Counted from the first letter of the whole stretch, positions 1-13,129 are shown. The stretch: 63,542 nt of DNA, filler included, from Octopus bimaculoides (GCF_001194135.2; 7 parts of 6 records of this genome joined end to end with filler, not necessarily neighbours in it), one strand, 5' to 3'. A program made the numbers and translations. The notes: generated by a model from the sequence alone, not told the origin.

Positions 1-802
1 ATATATACATATATCTGAATATATACATACATTAATGCATACATACAAAAAGTAGATAAACAAGTAGAAATGTTAGATATAACAGATATTGGAGAATCTT
101 GTTTATCACTATGGTAACAGTTGCAAATAAATAAACGTAGAAGACAAATGATCTTTCGCGTAATTTCCATAAGAAATGGTTTCAATGGAAAGGAAAAGAA
201 AATTTTCTTTCTTCTTTCTTTCCTTCTTTCTTTTTTTCTTTCCTTTTTTCCTTTCTTTCACTCATCCCCCCCCCTCGTTCTTTATCTCTTGTTCTATTGT
301 CCTTTTTTTTCTATTTGCTTTTCTTTTTTCATAGTTTTTCTCCCTTGACTAAGCAATTTGAAATCTCTAACAGTTACGTTTCGTGATTTAGAATTACAAA
401 CTTCCTTCGCTATTCTTCCGCATAAAAATCACATGAATCATTTCAAAAATAGAAATGTAGAGTTATTTGGAGAGCAAAATATAGATTTAATAAATAACGT
501 TTAAGTCAATTCATTTTTAATTTTTGTTTTAATAAGATAGTGAGAAGTAGAGAGGTAAAGGTAGTGTTCCTGACATTTGAAGGTCCTCCCGGGCTAATGA
601 GATTAACGAGGTTTACGTTTAGTTTCGACATCTGTTAGTCGGTGTGCGACTAACAGAAAAGATAAAGACTCTGAACGAGTATAGAATTCCAGAAGACTTT
701 CAGGTGGAGTTGCCATTTTGAGAAACGCATTGGCCTCATGTATTGGCCTCGTATATTTCCTTTAACCTGCGTATGAACATGACGTTATTTTAGATCATTG
801 TC

Positions 803-1184
803 TTTTACTTGTTTCAGTTACAGGACTGCGGCCATACTGGTGCGCTACCTTGAAGGCCTTTAGTCTAGTTCGTAATCTATCGGTTTCTTTTGCCGAACTG
901 CAATGTTACAGAGAGACGTTAACGAACCGACATCAGTTGTCACATGGTAGAGAGAGACAAACACATATACACACACACACACATACACACATACAAGTAT
1001 GCATGTATATATATGTACAAACACACACACACACACACAAAGCGTTACTCAACAGTTTCCATCTACCAAATGCACACACAAGGCATTGGTCGGCCTAAGA
1101 CTCTTACCCAAGGTACCCCGCAGTGAGGCTGAACCCGAAACCAGGTGGTTGCAAAGCAAGCTTCTTAATCACACAGCCATGCTG
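803..1184 (-). mobile_element. tRNA-derived SINE family A (internal microsatellite), decayed
   Basis: Reverse-complement match to the copies at 22371 and 34685: head tggctgtgtg...ggttcag, (CA)n middle, and tail cagcatggccgcagtc...gaaacaagtaaaa. Confidence 0.85.
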
Positions 1185-1371
1185 CATTTTTGTGTCAAGA
1201 AATTATCACATCTGTAAGCTAAGGATCACGCCTTACCACCTTAATTAAACAGAACAACAGGAAGAACATGTTAGACAATGTAATTTCTGCTTGACAAAAA
1301 GACGGGATGGTCAAGTATGGAGCATTTTTGATCATAGCAAATCTGAGGCTAAGAATATTAGAGAGAAGGTG

Positions 1372-1645
1372 AAGCAGTGGCTGTGTGGTAAGTAACTTGC
1401 TTACCAACCACATGGTTCCGGGTTCAGCCCCACTGCGTGGCACCTTAAGTAAGTATCTTCTACTATAGCTTCAGGCCGATCAAAGCCTTGTGAGTGGATT
1501 TGGTTGTCGGAAACTGAAAGAAGCCCGTCGTGTATACCCCCCCCCCACATATATATAGATGTTTGTGTGCCTGTGTTTGTGCCCCCCACCATTGCTTGAC
1601 AACCCATGCTGATACGTTTACGTCTCCGTAACTTAGCGTTCTCTA
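1372..1645 (+). mobile_element. SINE family A, 5' part, interrupted by a PLE fragment
   Basis: gtggctgtgtggtaagtaacttgcttaccaaccacatggttccgggttcag head with A/B-box-like motifs. Confidence 0.85.
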
Positions 1646-1649
1646 AGAA

Positions 1650-2010
1650 TACCTTCCCTTGAAGTCAATGGCTGTCATGCTCGTGTGGTGTCTTGTAATG
1701 CCATTGAAGGCTGTGAGGGTCGTTCTATAGACCACAACTCTTGAGAGGCAGGATCCTCACAGTGGGCAGCTGGTTGAATTTCAGAGTTACGCGTTGGTTT
1801 GTTTATTGGAGTCCGTGGAGGTGTGTGTCAGCGTCTATTGTAGTGTATGATGTTAGACGCGATGCTGTTTAGGCAGGCGTAGCGGACCTTGGCGCTGTGA
1901 CGGTTGAAAAGTTTATAATACTTAAGGGTCCTAAGGAAATGTTTCCTAATTAGCGTCAAGAAGCTCCAAAGCTGCTTTGGTTGAAACCTCAAGGTTAAGA
2001 GGAGGACTGA
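1650..2010 (-). mobile_element. Decayed Penelope-like element, RT-EN linker and GIY-YIG start
   Basis: Frameshifted minus-strand translation gives PPLNLEVSTK, KHF, YYKLFNRHS, YACLNSIASNI and SCPL, matching the PLE FNPPF...KHFP...KIFNRN...SYSC...CPL pattern. Confidence 0.65.
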
Positions 2011-2059
2011 ACCAGATTATCTTCCTTTTTCTGACTTTCTTCCTTCTTTTATCCTTTTA

Positions 2060-2655
2060 TTTGTTTGTCATTTGACTGCGGCCATGCTGGAGCACCGCCT
2101 TTAGTCGAACAAATCGACCCTAGGACTTATTCTTTGTAAGTCTAGTATTTATTCTATCGGTTTTTTTTGCCGAACCGCTCGGTTTCGGAGACGTAAACAC
2201 ACCAACACACACACACACACACACACACACANNNNNNNNNNNNNNNNNNNNNNNNNNNNNNNNNNNNNNNNNNNNNNNNNNNNNNNNNNNNNNNNNNNNN
2301 NNNNNNNNNNNNNNNNNNNNNNNNNNNNNNNNNNNNNNNNNNNNNNNNNNNNNNNNNNNNNNNNNNNNNNNNNNNNNNNNNNNNNNNNNNNNNNNNNNNN
2401 NNNNNNNNNNNNNNNNNNNNNNNNNNNNNNNNNNNNNNNNNNNNNNNNNNNNNNNNNNNNNNNNNNNNNNNNNNNNNNNNNNNNNNNNNNATATATATAT
2501 ATATATATATACGACGGGCTTCTTTCAGTTTCCGTCTACTAAATCCGCTCACAAGGTTTTGGTCGGCCTGAGGTTACAGTAGAAGGCACTTGCCGAAGGT
2601 ACCATGCAGTAGGACTGAACCCGGAACCATGTGGTTCGTAAGCAATCTACTTACC
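2060..2655 (-). mobile_element. SINE family A, full length, with an N gap inside its internal (CA)/(TA) repeat
   Basis: Tail at 2060-2210 and head at 2510-2655 flank gap 2232-2490. Confidence 0.9.
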
Positions 2656-3144
2656 ACACAGCCACTCCTGCACCTTCTGTCTAATGTCTCGTCATAAAGA
2701 AGGCAGCCCTGTATAGAGATTGGGATTTAAATACCAAGCTATGAATAGTTTCTGTTCTACAATATTCTTAAAGGAACGGAAAATTATTCAGCAACTCGGG
2801 CTAATACGAACGAGCCTGGTAAGTGTAAAAAACTATCTGGCATCTCTTGTCAACAGTACAAGCGACAGTCAGATCACTGATGTTTATTCGTTATTTGATT
2901 GCTACTGTTCTGTGCGTCTGTATGCAAAGACTAGTTGAGTTTTGCAGAGTTGTTTTATTTTTATCCTTAACTTAGAAATGGAGAAAGACATAGTGCTAGA
3001 TATAAAAAGGTAAGCCATTTGGAGTTAGAAATAAAACGGAAAAACGTGAAATTCTTCGAGTAGGCTTGTGTCAAATGCGAAATCTGTGATGAGCCCGAGT
3101 GACGCCGATGACCTGGAGTCACCTCTGATATAGACAGGTATAAT

Positions 3145-3410
3145 GTGAAGGCGCGTGGCCTAGTGTTGCATTCACGATCGCCAGATCGTGGGTTCGATTC
3201 CCTGACTGGGCGGTGCGTTATGTTCTTGAGCAAAACACTTCATTTCACATTGCTACAGTCCCCCTTCTGATTAGTGGGGGAATGTTGGGCCTGCTAGCTT
3301 AGCCAGCGGGGTGGTATCATTTTGAAGGCTAAAACAATGCAAAAACGCATTGTGACCAGCGATGTGTAATAATATCTGATAGCCTATCGGTCACGTGATC
3401 ACGTGATGCT
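3145..3410 (+). mobile_element. tRNA-derived SINE family B
   Basis: gtgaaggcgcgtggcctagtg...gggttcgattccc head followed by ttgagcaaaacactt. The same head occurs at 24287 and, reversed, at 58517. Confidence 0.85.
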
Positions 3411-4151
3411 TGTGGTGTGTGTGTGTGTGTGATGAAACTTCGTCTGCTCGTTTGGATATGCGTGCTTTTCATCAACTCACATTTCTGCTTGAATACAATC
3501 GGTGGTTAAACAGCATGACTTTCTCAAATAAATGGACATGCAAACAGCCCACAGTAGCATTTTAGAATCTTATCATATTCGTTCTAGAGAAGGAGAAAGC
3601 AACTTCATGCCACTTATGAAAAGTACAATGAGTAACAGGCGCCTATCTTATAAAGTACTCTTAGCTCCTTCCTCATTGCGTAGGACAAGCACGCGTAACC
3701 ACACTTGACAAGATGTTTAGTTATAAAACTAGTAGAGAATTCTTATTTAGATTACGCTGTCCATATATAAATCAATAATAAAATATATATCAATTAGACA
3801 GATGTGTTTACATATAACTATATGGTAAACGAATATCGGATATGATATATTGTGTCTCTGACGTTACAGATAGTACTTCGAATACGGGAGATATCGTTTA
3901 TAGATCAAAATTGAAAAGTACAAACGGACAGATTTGTTTTTTTTAATGAGGAAAAGTATGCTGAAGAGAGATTCACAAATAATTTTGGTAAGTACTGTAC
4001 TTTTATTCTAGATATACGGGAAATTATTTTGTGGTATATAAATACATGCATATATACATACATACATATATATATATTATGTGTATGTGTATGTGTGTGT
4101 GTGCGTCATAAGATAATCTTCTACAGTAAATGTACAGTAATTTACGAACAT

Positions 4152-4185
<34 letters not shown>

Positions 4186-4501
4186 NNNNNNNNNNNNNNN
4201 NNNNNNNNNNNNNNNNNNNNNNNNNNNNNNNNNNNNNNNNNNNNNNNNNNNNNNNNNNNNNNNNNNNNNNNNNNNNNNNNNNNNNNNNNNNNNNNNNNNN
4301 NNNNNNNNNNNNNNNNNNNNNNNNNNNNNNNNNNNNNNNNNNNNNNNNNNNNNNNNNNNNNNNNNNNNNNNNNNNNNNNNNNNNNNNNNNNNNNNNNNNN
4401 NNNNNNNNNNNNNNNNNNNNNNNNNNNNNNNNNNNNNNNNNNNNNNNNNNNNNNNNNNNNNNNTATATATGTATGCATGTATGTATGTATATGTATATAA
4501 A

Positions 4502-5297
4502 CAGGGTGGGTGAAAGTAAGCAGGCATTAAAAATTGGTAATAAATCCATATTCCTTTTGCAAATTTATTGAAACAAATGTTACATGTTCATTATTACATG
4601 GGATAATGAAAGTAAATCTTCATATTTCAACATAAGCACCAGTGGCGTCAACCAGATTCTTCGAACGGCCAGGGATGGAATGAACAACCTTCTGACGAAC
4701 GTCGCCTAGAATATCATTGAGAACCTCCTGAATCAGTGTCACCAAGTCCTCCAGTGTGCGAGCTTTTGTCTTACACATCTCTTTTGTCTAACCCTACAGG
4801 TAAAAATCACATGGAATAAGACCTGGACTTCTTGGAGTTCTGGACTCCACTTTCACTTCCACGAGCTACTTGACGTGTTGATTGTTGCGGGCTGCGATTA
4901 AACAGTTCCTGCACTGTTGTCACGTTCTCCACTGACTGGAATGTGGTTGGACGGCCACTTCTTCTAGCATCGTTCACAGAGCCTATGCTCATCAGTTTTG
5001 CATTACAACCTTTTATTGTCTCCGGGCATAGTGTTGCATGCTTACCTTTCCATGCACGCCACCATCTCTGAACCAAAACAATGGAATTCCACACTTCACA
5101 GCATGCTGCTATCTTAGCTCACTCCTGAACAGTTAAGCGACCGGCCATCTCGAAATAAGAAATAAGAAATAAGACAATAAGAAAATAAGAAATCTCCATT
5201 AGTGTTGTTTGTTTAAAAAATGATTTCGTCATGACTTCAGTGATACTGAAAATTCTATAAGCAATTTCTAATGCCTAGTTACTTTCCACCCACCCTG
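4502..5297 (-). mobile_element. Internally deleted Tc1/mariner element with both TIRs
   Basis: The TIR cagggtgggtgaaagtaagcaggcatt is mirrored by aatgcctagttactttccacccaccctg followed by TA. An N-terminal HTH (RRSGRPTT, SPQQSTRQVAR) abuts the C-terminal tail (KARTLEDLVTLIQEVLNDI...ATGAYVEI*). Confidence 0.9.
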
Positions 5298-5836
5298 TAT
5301 GTGTATATGTATTTTATACCTATTTTCTATTTTCTCTCCCTGTTTATTTCTGTGTTCCTTTCTGTCGAAGAGCGTAGGTTCGAAACTAATACATCTGTTT
5401 GTTGTTTACACACCCGTCTTCGTCTTCTTTTTTTTTTTTTTTTTGTAAACACGGTGGTGCATCAGCATGGCCGCAGCTCTGAGCTGAAACTTTGAAATGA
5501 AATGAAATGAAATATGTATATATAGATATATAAAGAAAGTAAGACATGGTAGAAAATGCTAAAATAATTTTATCATGAAATACATTTTGTAATGGTTAGT
5601 ACCGGTTTCAGTTTTTCAACTAAGAGTAAAACAAAGGTGGATATTGATTAAGAAGAAAAACAATTAAATTCAAGAGAAAAAAAAGCTAAATGAAATGTTT
5701 TGTAAATATTTCCATAGTCTTCAAATAGGTAGGACATTTTCCATTTTTTTTCTTTTTTTCTGCCTCTCTCTATCTTTTCCTGGTGCAGAGAAAAATTTAT
5801 TTCTGAAGTTTGATGGCTTAAGCAACAGCAGTAGTA

Positions 5837-5923
5837 GAAGAAGAAGAAGAAGAAGAAGAAGAAGAAGAAGAAGAAGAAGAAGAAGAAGAAGAAGAAGAAG
5901 AAGAAGAAGAAGAAGAAGAAGAA
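5837..5923. repeat. (GAA)29 pure trinucleotide microsatellite
   Basis: Direct reading. It explains the poly-R/L/S ORFs at 5695-6129. Confidence 0.97.
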
Positions 5924-7351
5924 CTGGTATGACCCAACAGTAGAGGCTGTCCGTGGAATCTACTTTCGTGGTCAAGTAACCTAAAAGTGACCTGTTGTAG
6001 GAACTGTTCTAAATAAACATGTAATAAACATATAACATTTACACCGTGATTTAGAAACATCAAGAGATGTGGAAAAGACTTTTCTACGAAGTAGCTTGAA
6101 TGTGAACCCTTGAACAGAGAGAATTTCATATCGCACTTTGCTACTCATTTACAATTTAAATGTAATCACACCTCTCTTGCTAATAAGATTAAAGTTTCTA
6201 ATTTGAGGAATCGCTTTAATGCAATAGCATCAAGACAGCTTGATACATGTTAGATGAGAAGGTTGAATCACGTTGGTGCCTTAGCAGTCTTTTGCTGTCC
6301 AAAGTTTTTCTTTTTAACCAATATATTGTGAGATATTTTTATAGGTACATTAGCATTCAAACTAATTCGTAAAAGAGACTTATGATATATATANNNNNNN
6401 NNNNNNNNNNNNNNNNNNNNNNNNNNNNNNNNNNNNNNNNNNNNNNNNNNNNNNNNNNNNNNNNNNNNNNNNNNNNNNNNNNNNNNNNNNNNNNNNNNNN
6501 NNNNNNNNNNNNNNNNNNNNNNNNNNNNNNNNNNNNNNNNNNNNNNNNNNNNNNNNNNNNNNNNNNNNNNNNNNNNNNNNNNNNNNNGATATTATGTAAA
6601 TAGAGGAATTTATCTGTAAAAATATGTGACACTTATTACCATGGCTACCGAAAAAGTGGCACATATTTTTACAGGTGTAAATGGAGAATTATACGAGATA
6701 TAGTACTATACAAAATACCGAAAGGATCTTCACCTCTTATATCACACCTTTCTTCCTCCTTTAACGCCGATGTGATGTAATTTCCTGGGAGAGAAATACT
6801 TTTGCGGCTGAAGATAGCTTTGTATTGTAAATTATACACTGATATAAAGCTTGAAACACGTGTACCGCAGAATCCTTTGTATTTTTGCTGTTATTTTTTG
6901 GATTTACAATTTATATATATATATATATATATATTAATCCACGTGGCCTGGTAATGTGATTGTTTGTTTATTACATATTATTTTAAAAAATTCTTTACAG
7001 TATTTCAAATGCTTTAATCGGTCAAGTGTTGCTCTCAACACTTGTCCGATTATTGAAGTTGGGGAAGCAATAAGAGGGAACGTAAAGATGTAACATGGTT
7101 TTCTCAAATTACCAAAACGGGGGAAAAAAAGAACGCTTGTAAATAGTTAAATCTTATACCCTATAGGTAAGGTAATACAGCATATAATTGGTGTTGAAAC
7201 TAAATACATTCGTGTTTATGGTTCGCAAGTATGACAAAGATTCTCTCGCATAAAACCTAGCATTTTGTGTACATTGTAGGAATACTTTCTCAAGACTAAG
7301 CGCTATATTTATTTTCACACTAAAAGGGAATAGTATATGAAAAATAAATTA

Positions 7352-7515
7352 GATGTGGTTGTGTAGGAAGAAACTTGTTTCCCAACCACATGGTTCCAGA
7401 TTCAGTCCCACTGCATGGCACCGTTGGCAAGTGCCTTCTGCTATAGTCTCGGCCGACCAAAGTTTTGTGAGTGGATTTGATAGACGGAGTTGAAAGAAGC
7501 CCGTCACGCATATAC
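7352..7515 (+). mobile_element. SINE family A head, truncated at its microsatellite by the PLE
   Basis: ccaaccacatggttccagattcagtcccactgc...gaaagaagcccgtc. Confidence 0.8.
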
Positions 7516-9110
7516 ACCGGGCCGACGACCTGACGGGATACATAATAGGCAGTGTAGACGTAGTGTCCCCTATACCCATCCATTGATGTTGATTTCGCTG
7601 TGGAGAAATGTGTGGAGGTGATCAGCGAGAGTGATGTGGAGTTCCGTGGTGTTGACACTGAAGAACTAGGACTCTTCCTGAGACTAGCATGCGACAATGA
7701 TTACTTAGATAAACATGACCTTAGTTGATTCTGACCCACTTGATCGACAAGAGGTAGACCCCCGCCCCACTATAACTTCTATGGCCAAGAAAATCCCTAA
7801 AAGGAGATGGAACGGGCTATACGGACCCCTGAAAATAATGATCAGGTCGCACATTCGGTGGGTGCGAGTACTAAGACCACACTCAAGGGCTATATATTTA
7901 AGTTTAATAACAAGATATACGCCCAAGAGGAAGGTTCAGCCATCGGTGTTAGTATCACTGGCGATGTGGCTAACCTATTTATGGTACGGTGGGATAGGAG
8001 ACTTAAAGAGAAATTAGCAGAGAACTCCATAAACCTAACCATGTACACCCGCTACGTGGATGATATCAACATAGTAGCCAGAGCACCCCTACAAGACAAT
8101 GTTGATGATCTAAAAGCTAACATTACGGAGAGCATCCAGCAAATAATTAACTCCATCCACCAGAGTATAGAAATAACGATAGACTATTCTAGTAAGCACC
8201 TTAACTTTTAGATACTGAATTCTGGCTAGAAACGAAGAACGGTAAGGTCCAGATCCTTCACTCTCATTATACCAAGCTCATGGCCTCTATGTAGTTTATT
8301 CACAAGAACGCAGCGATTGCGGACAACGCCAAATTCAACATTCTGATAAATGAAAGTGATGAGGAATGTTTCTCGCATGTGCGACCCAATGGAATTAGAA
8401 ACACATACAATACTTCATCCACCGCATGCAGTTCTCCGGCTACAACCAAAGGGACAGGATTAGAGTGTACAAATAAGCCAGGACTAAATACAAAGCCATC
8501 ATAGAGAGTGATGCTAAGGGGATCTGCCCGCTGTACAGGAGTAAATCCTGGAACAGCACGGAAGGGACAAGTAATAAGATACATAAGGCCAACACTTGGT
8601 ATGACAACAAAAAGTATCAGAGAGTCATGTTCGTTGATGCTATCCTGGCGGCGAACTAGCACACCATTTTAGAAAAACATTAAGTAAGGCTATTCTATGC
8701 CCCTTTAAAATCCCTGATCTGCAATAACTATTCCTTTGAAAAGTCCCCCTGTACGGAGTACAATTGTGTTGTATGTAGGATGAACCCACAGATTAACTGT
8801 AAGGTTAGGAATGTGGCGTATAGCTTACGACGTACTGAGGGACGGTACAGAAACATGACAACTACCTACATTGATGAAACTGCACGCAGCATAGGAGAGC
8901 GTATAGGTGAACACTGGCGAGAGCTCAAAGAAGGGAAAAGCTCGTCAGTGCTAGGCAGAACATGGAGACTCTATTAGTAACATAGAGATTAAAGTACTAT
9001 TGACACAGAACTGACACGACACTTAGATTACAGAGGATACACACATAACAGTAGACAGACCGAGCCTCAGTAGAAAACACGAATGGAACAGTAACACCCA
9101 TCACCACTCC
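7516..9110 (+). mobile_element. 5'-truncated Penelope-like retroelement, RT + GIY-YIG endonuclease, with frameshifts and stops
   Basis: GSVDVV..SIDVDF, YIFKFNNKIYAQEEGSAIG...ANLFM, YTRYVDD, then YIDETARSIGERIGEH (GIY-YIG type). Confidence 0.9.
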
Positions 9111-9640
9111 ACATGACTAAAGACAGTAGGGATAAGAAGAGAGAGGGAAAAATAAACACAGAAACATACAGGGTAATACACAATAGACATATATGCAATT
9201 ATCTGTGATACTCATGAGAAATAGAGATAGATGTATGAAAAAGAGTAAATGGATAAATATATAAATAGATAAATAAATATATGCCTGGGATAAATAAATA
9301 TATACCTGTGATAAATGTAAGACAGAGTTAAATAAAATAGATAAATAAATAAAACTATATAAAGGGCATGAATACATACGAAGCGAATCCATACACACAA
9401 ACACACACAAATTCAGACACATGCAACTTCAACTAACACGATCAGCAGCAGCGGCCATGCCAACGATGGCAATAACAACAACAAAAACTACCACGATGGC
9501 AACACCGTGGGCGAACACACATACACAAAAGAATAAAAGAACTGTATCATATTTTTTCTTTCGGGTCTTAGGACAGCAGCAGCACAATGGGGTGAGAGGA
9601 AGGGGCTGAGGGGAAGGCCACACTGCTGCTAAAAACTATG

Positions 9641-9683
<43 letters not shown>

Positions 9684-9763
9684 CACAAACGCATGCGCAC
9701 ATAAGGATACACATCCCAGAAGAACAGAATGGAGTAAGTGGAGCAAGAACACACACGAAAACG

Positions 9764-9820
9764 AAAAGTGTCGCTGAAGAGGTCACAGATGTGTGACGAA
9801 AGATTTCCGGACAATAGACA
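9764..9820 (+). ncRNA. Hammerhead ribozyme-like motif (candidate PLE pLTR)
   Basis: CTGAAGA (9774-9780) + G + GTCACA-gatg-TGTGAC hairpin + GAAA (9798-9801). Helices I and III are imperfect. Confidence 0.55.
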
Positions 9821-10839
9821 TGAGTTAAAATGATAAAATAAGAACAATAATAAACGAGTGAAGGAAAAATATNNNNNNNNNNNNNNNNNNNNNNNNNNNN
9901 NNNNNNNNNNNNNNNNNNNNNNNNNNNNNNNNNNNNNNNNNNNNNNNNNNNNNNNNNNNNNNNNNNNNNNNNNNNNNNNNNNNNNNNNNNNNNNNNNNNN
10001 NNNNNNNNNNNNNNNNNNNNNNNNNNNNNNNNNNNNNNNNNNNNNNNNNNNNNNNNNNNNNNNNNNNNNNNNNNNNNNNNNNNNNNNNNNNNNNNNNNNN
10101 NNNNNNNNNNNNNNNNNNNNNNNNNNNNNNNNNNNNNNNNNNNNNNNNNNNNNNNNNNNNNNNNNNNNNNNNNNNNNNNNNNNNNNNNNNNNNNNNNNNN
10201 NNNNNNNNNNNNNNNNNNNNNNNNNNNNNNNNNNNNNNNNNNNNNNNNNNNNNNNNNNNNNNNNNNNNNNNNNNNNNNNNNNNNNNNNNNNNNNNNNNNN
10301 NNNNNNNNNNNNNNNNNNNNNNNNNNNNNNNNNNNNNNNNNNNNNNNNNNNNNNNNNNNNNNNNNNNNNNNNNNNNNTATATACACATACATATATTCCA
10401 TATCTTTTACTTGTTGCAGTCATGGGATCACGGCCAAGAGGTGACACCGTCTTGAACGGTGTAGTCAGACAAACCGGCCCCAGTACTTAACTTTTTAGTC
10501 TGGTACTTATTTTATCGATATCTTTTTGCCAAAGTGCTATGTTACGGGGGCATATACAAACCAATATCGGTTGCCAAACAGTTGAGAGACAATAAAAAGA
10601 CACACATCTGTTGTCCGAAGCGAGATAGGCCAAGGTCCAACGTTCGATGTAATTAGTCAGTTGAAATTTAACAACAAAAGACCGGTTATTGAGACCGTTA
10701 TACGGGGAAAGATAAATAAATAAATGAATAGGAAGATGGTGTATGTTGTAAGGGGCCCTAAAACGCTTAGGATAGTAAATACTAGATTTAAAAAATAATA
10801 TTAGCAAATAAATATTAAGAGAAGTTCCTCTCCTTTGCT

Positions 10840-10985
10840 GAGTTCAAATTCCGTCGAGGTCGACTTTTCCTTTCATCCTTTCAGGGTCGATTAAATAAGT
10901 ACCAGTTACGCACTGGGGTCGATATAATCGACTTAATCCGTTTGTCTGTCTGTGTGTAGCCCCTTGTGGGTAGTAAAGAAATAAC
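10840..10985 (+). mobile_element. SINE family D (Nin/Deu-like central domain), 5'-truncated
   Basis: gaggtcgacttttcctttcatcctttcagggtcgattaaataagtacca resembles the Nin/Deu SINE domain as I recall it. Reverse copies occur at 33090-33520. Confidence 0.7.
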
Positions 10986-11021
10986 ACACGCACACATACA
11001 TACACACACACAAGCACACAT

Positions 11022-11056
<35 letters not shown>

Positions 11057-12612
11057 TGTTTTCACAATCTTATCTGTTACTCATCTTGAGTGGAGAATGG
11101 CCTGGAAATCAAAGAGCTGCTGGAAGTTTATCTAGGATTCCAGAAGAAATATCACACAGGATGTAAAATCACAAGTGAAGTGGCTGGAAGCTGGCGACCA
11201 TCGGGTATATGTGGATAAGTCTTCAATTTTTGGCAACATCAACAATTGGAGCCATCATGAAAAGGCAAACAAAATAATAGCTTCTGCTATAATGACCAAG
11301 AATATATAGAGAGTGTTTGTGGACGGATGAGTGAATCTGATGTTGCTCAAAGGGGTACGGAGCCAATATGATGCAACGGGAATAAACCAGCATTAGCTGT
11401 CGGGCCCCTGCTGATATTGGGGGTTGCGTTCTATGCCTTGACCCGAGCAGAGAACAGGGCTCGCCTCTTTGAGCTGGGATATGAATGGAATGCCTGGTGT
11501 ATGTCTTGTTATGGTTACCCGCACCGAAAAAAATGAGGAATAGAACATGTGTTTGTGACAGTGTCCGTATAAGTATGCATGTTCCGGCGCGGTCCCAGGA
11601 ATTTTTCGAAGGAAGGGCACAAGGTCAGAAGGGCGCAGCTATTAAATCAAATTGCAAGTAATAACATTATTTAGAAGGGCGTACTTCTTTCCTTGAGCGG
11701 GGTACATACCCCTCAGCTCCTTCCCCTTGGGTCCGCCCCTCCATGTTTACACTGTTCCCACAAAAAAAAAAAAAGAAAAGAGAAGTGGTATTTCTTTTGT
11801 TTTGACCATATACGCCCCATAAGCTAGCGGTTCTACAAATTGAATCCGATAAAATTGCTACCAGAGTAAAAATAAGTAGCGAGTTCTATATAATTGACTT
11901 AGCACTAAAATGTGGAGCACCAGCATGGCCGCAACACAATGACTGAAACAGTAGTATCATCTCTTCAACAACTCCTACCCCCATCACCGCCGTCCGTATG
12001 ACCGACCAAATCTCACTGTTTGACTTCTCTGATGGCGACAGACATAGTTTCCATTCATAACATACTTCTCATTCTTCATCATTCCAGATTATTGGTTCAT
12101 CTATTCGTTCATTCGTGTATTCAATCATTCGCTATCCTTCCGCTTATCTTATTTCTCTTCTCCCTCTCTCTCTCCCTCGCTCATTTTCTATCTCCTTCTC
12201 TCAGTGTGTTTCTGGGTAGTGGTGGTGGTGGGGAATGTGTTTGTTTATCTCTGGCTCTCTGCTTTTTTCTCCTGTCACAAAAGTCTCACATACATACATA
12301 CAGCGCCTGCAAATTACCTTTAACGCATCTGCTGCACACGCATCGCGCGCGCGCACCCATGCACCACTAGTGCATTTCGTCTGTTACTTTCAGTACGCGT
12401 GTGCGCGCGCGACCACCCACCCACAAACACACACACACACACACACGCCGAGCCACACCCTCACATCCATCCCCAGCCCCGAACACACAGACACTGATTC
12501 CCTCTTCACTTCCACCGCCATCATTCATGCACACAATCACTGACGACAACGTACTTACTGACACGGAATAACAGAATAACAGAATAACAGAAAACCATAA
12601 AAAAGTAAATGA

Positions 12613-12650
<38 letters not shown>

Positions 12651-12753
12651 TGTGTGTGTGTATGTGTGTATGTGTATGTATATATAGATATATTTAGAAA
12701 TACATTCATGCATACGTGTGTGTGTATAGATATATAAATATATAAATACATAC

Positions 12754-12838
<85 letters not shown>

Positions 12839-12935
12839 CGCGCGTATGTGTGTGTGTGTATGTATATATAGATATATTTAGAAATACATTCATGCATACG
12901 TGTGTGTATAAATATATAAATATATAAATACATAC

Positions 12936-12989
<54 letters not shown>

Positions 12990-13089
12990 NNNNNNNNNNN
13001 NNNNNNNNNNNNNNNNNNNNNNNNNNNNNNNNNTTAATTAATTAANNNNNNNNNNNNNNNNNNNNNNNNNNNNNNNNNNNNNNNNNNNN
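12990..13089. other. Assembly join linker, 44N-TTAATTAATTAA-44N (also 18090-18189, 35392-35491, 41769-41868, 48371-48470, 60568-60667)
   Basis: Six identical 100-bp units. The palindromic 12-mer places TAA in all six frames. Confidence 0.97.

Positions 13090-13120
<31 letters not shown>

Positions 13121-13129
<9 letters not shown>

Noticed and set aside
631-657. Perfect 11-bp hairpin (tctgttagtcg-gtgtg-cgactaacaga)
   Set aside because: Real but isolated. No complete hammerhead core or terminator context could be fitted.
12640-12989. Approx. 190-bp tandem duplication between (GT)n tracts
   Set aside because: It lies at a segment end bounded by microsatellites and is most simply a misassembly or slippage.
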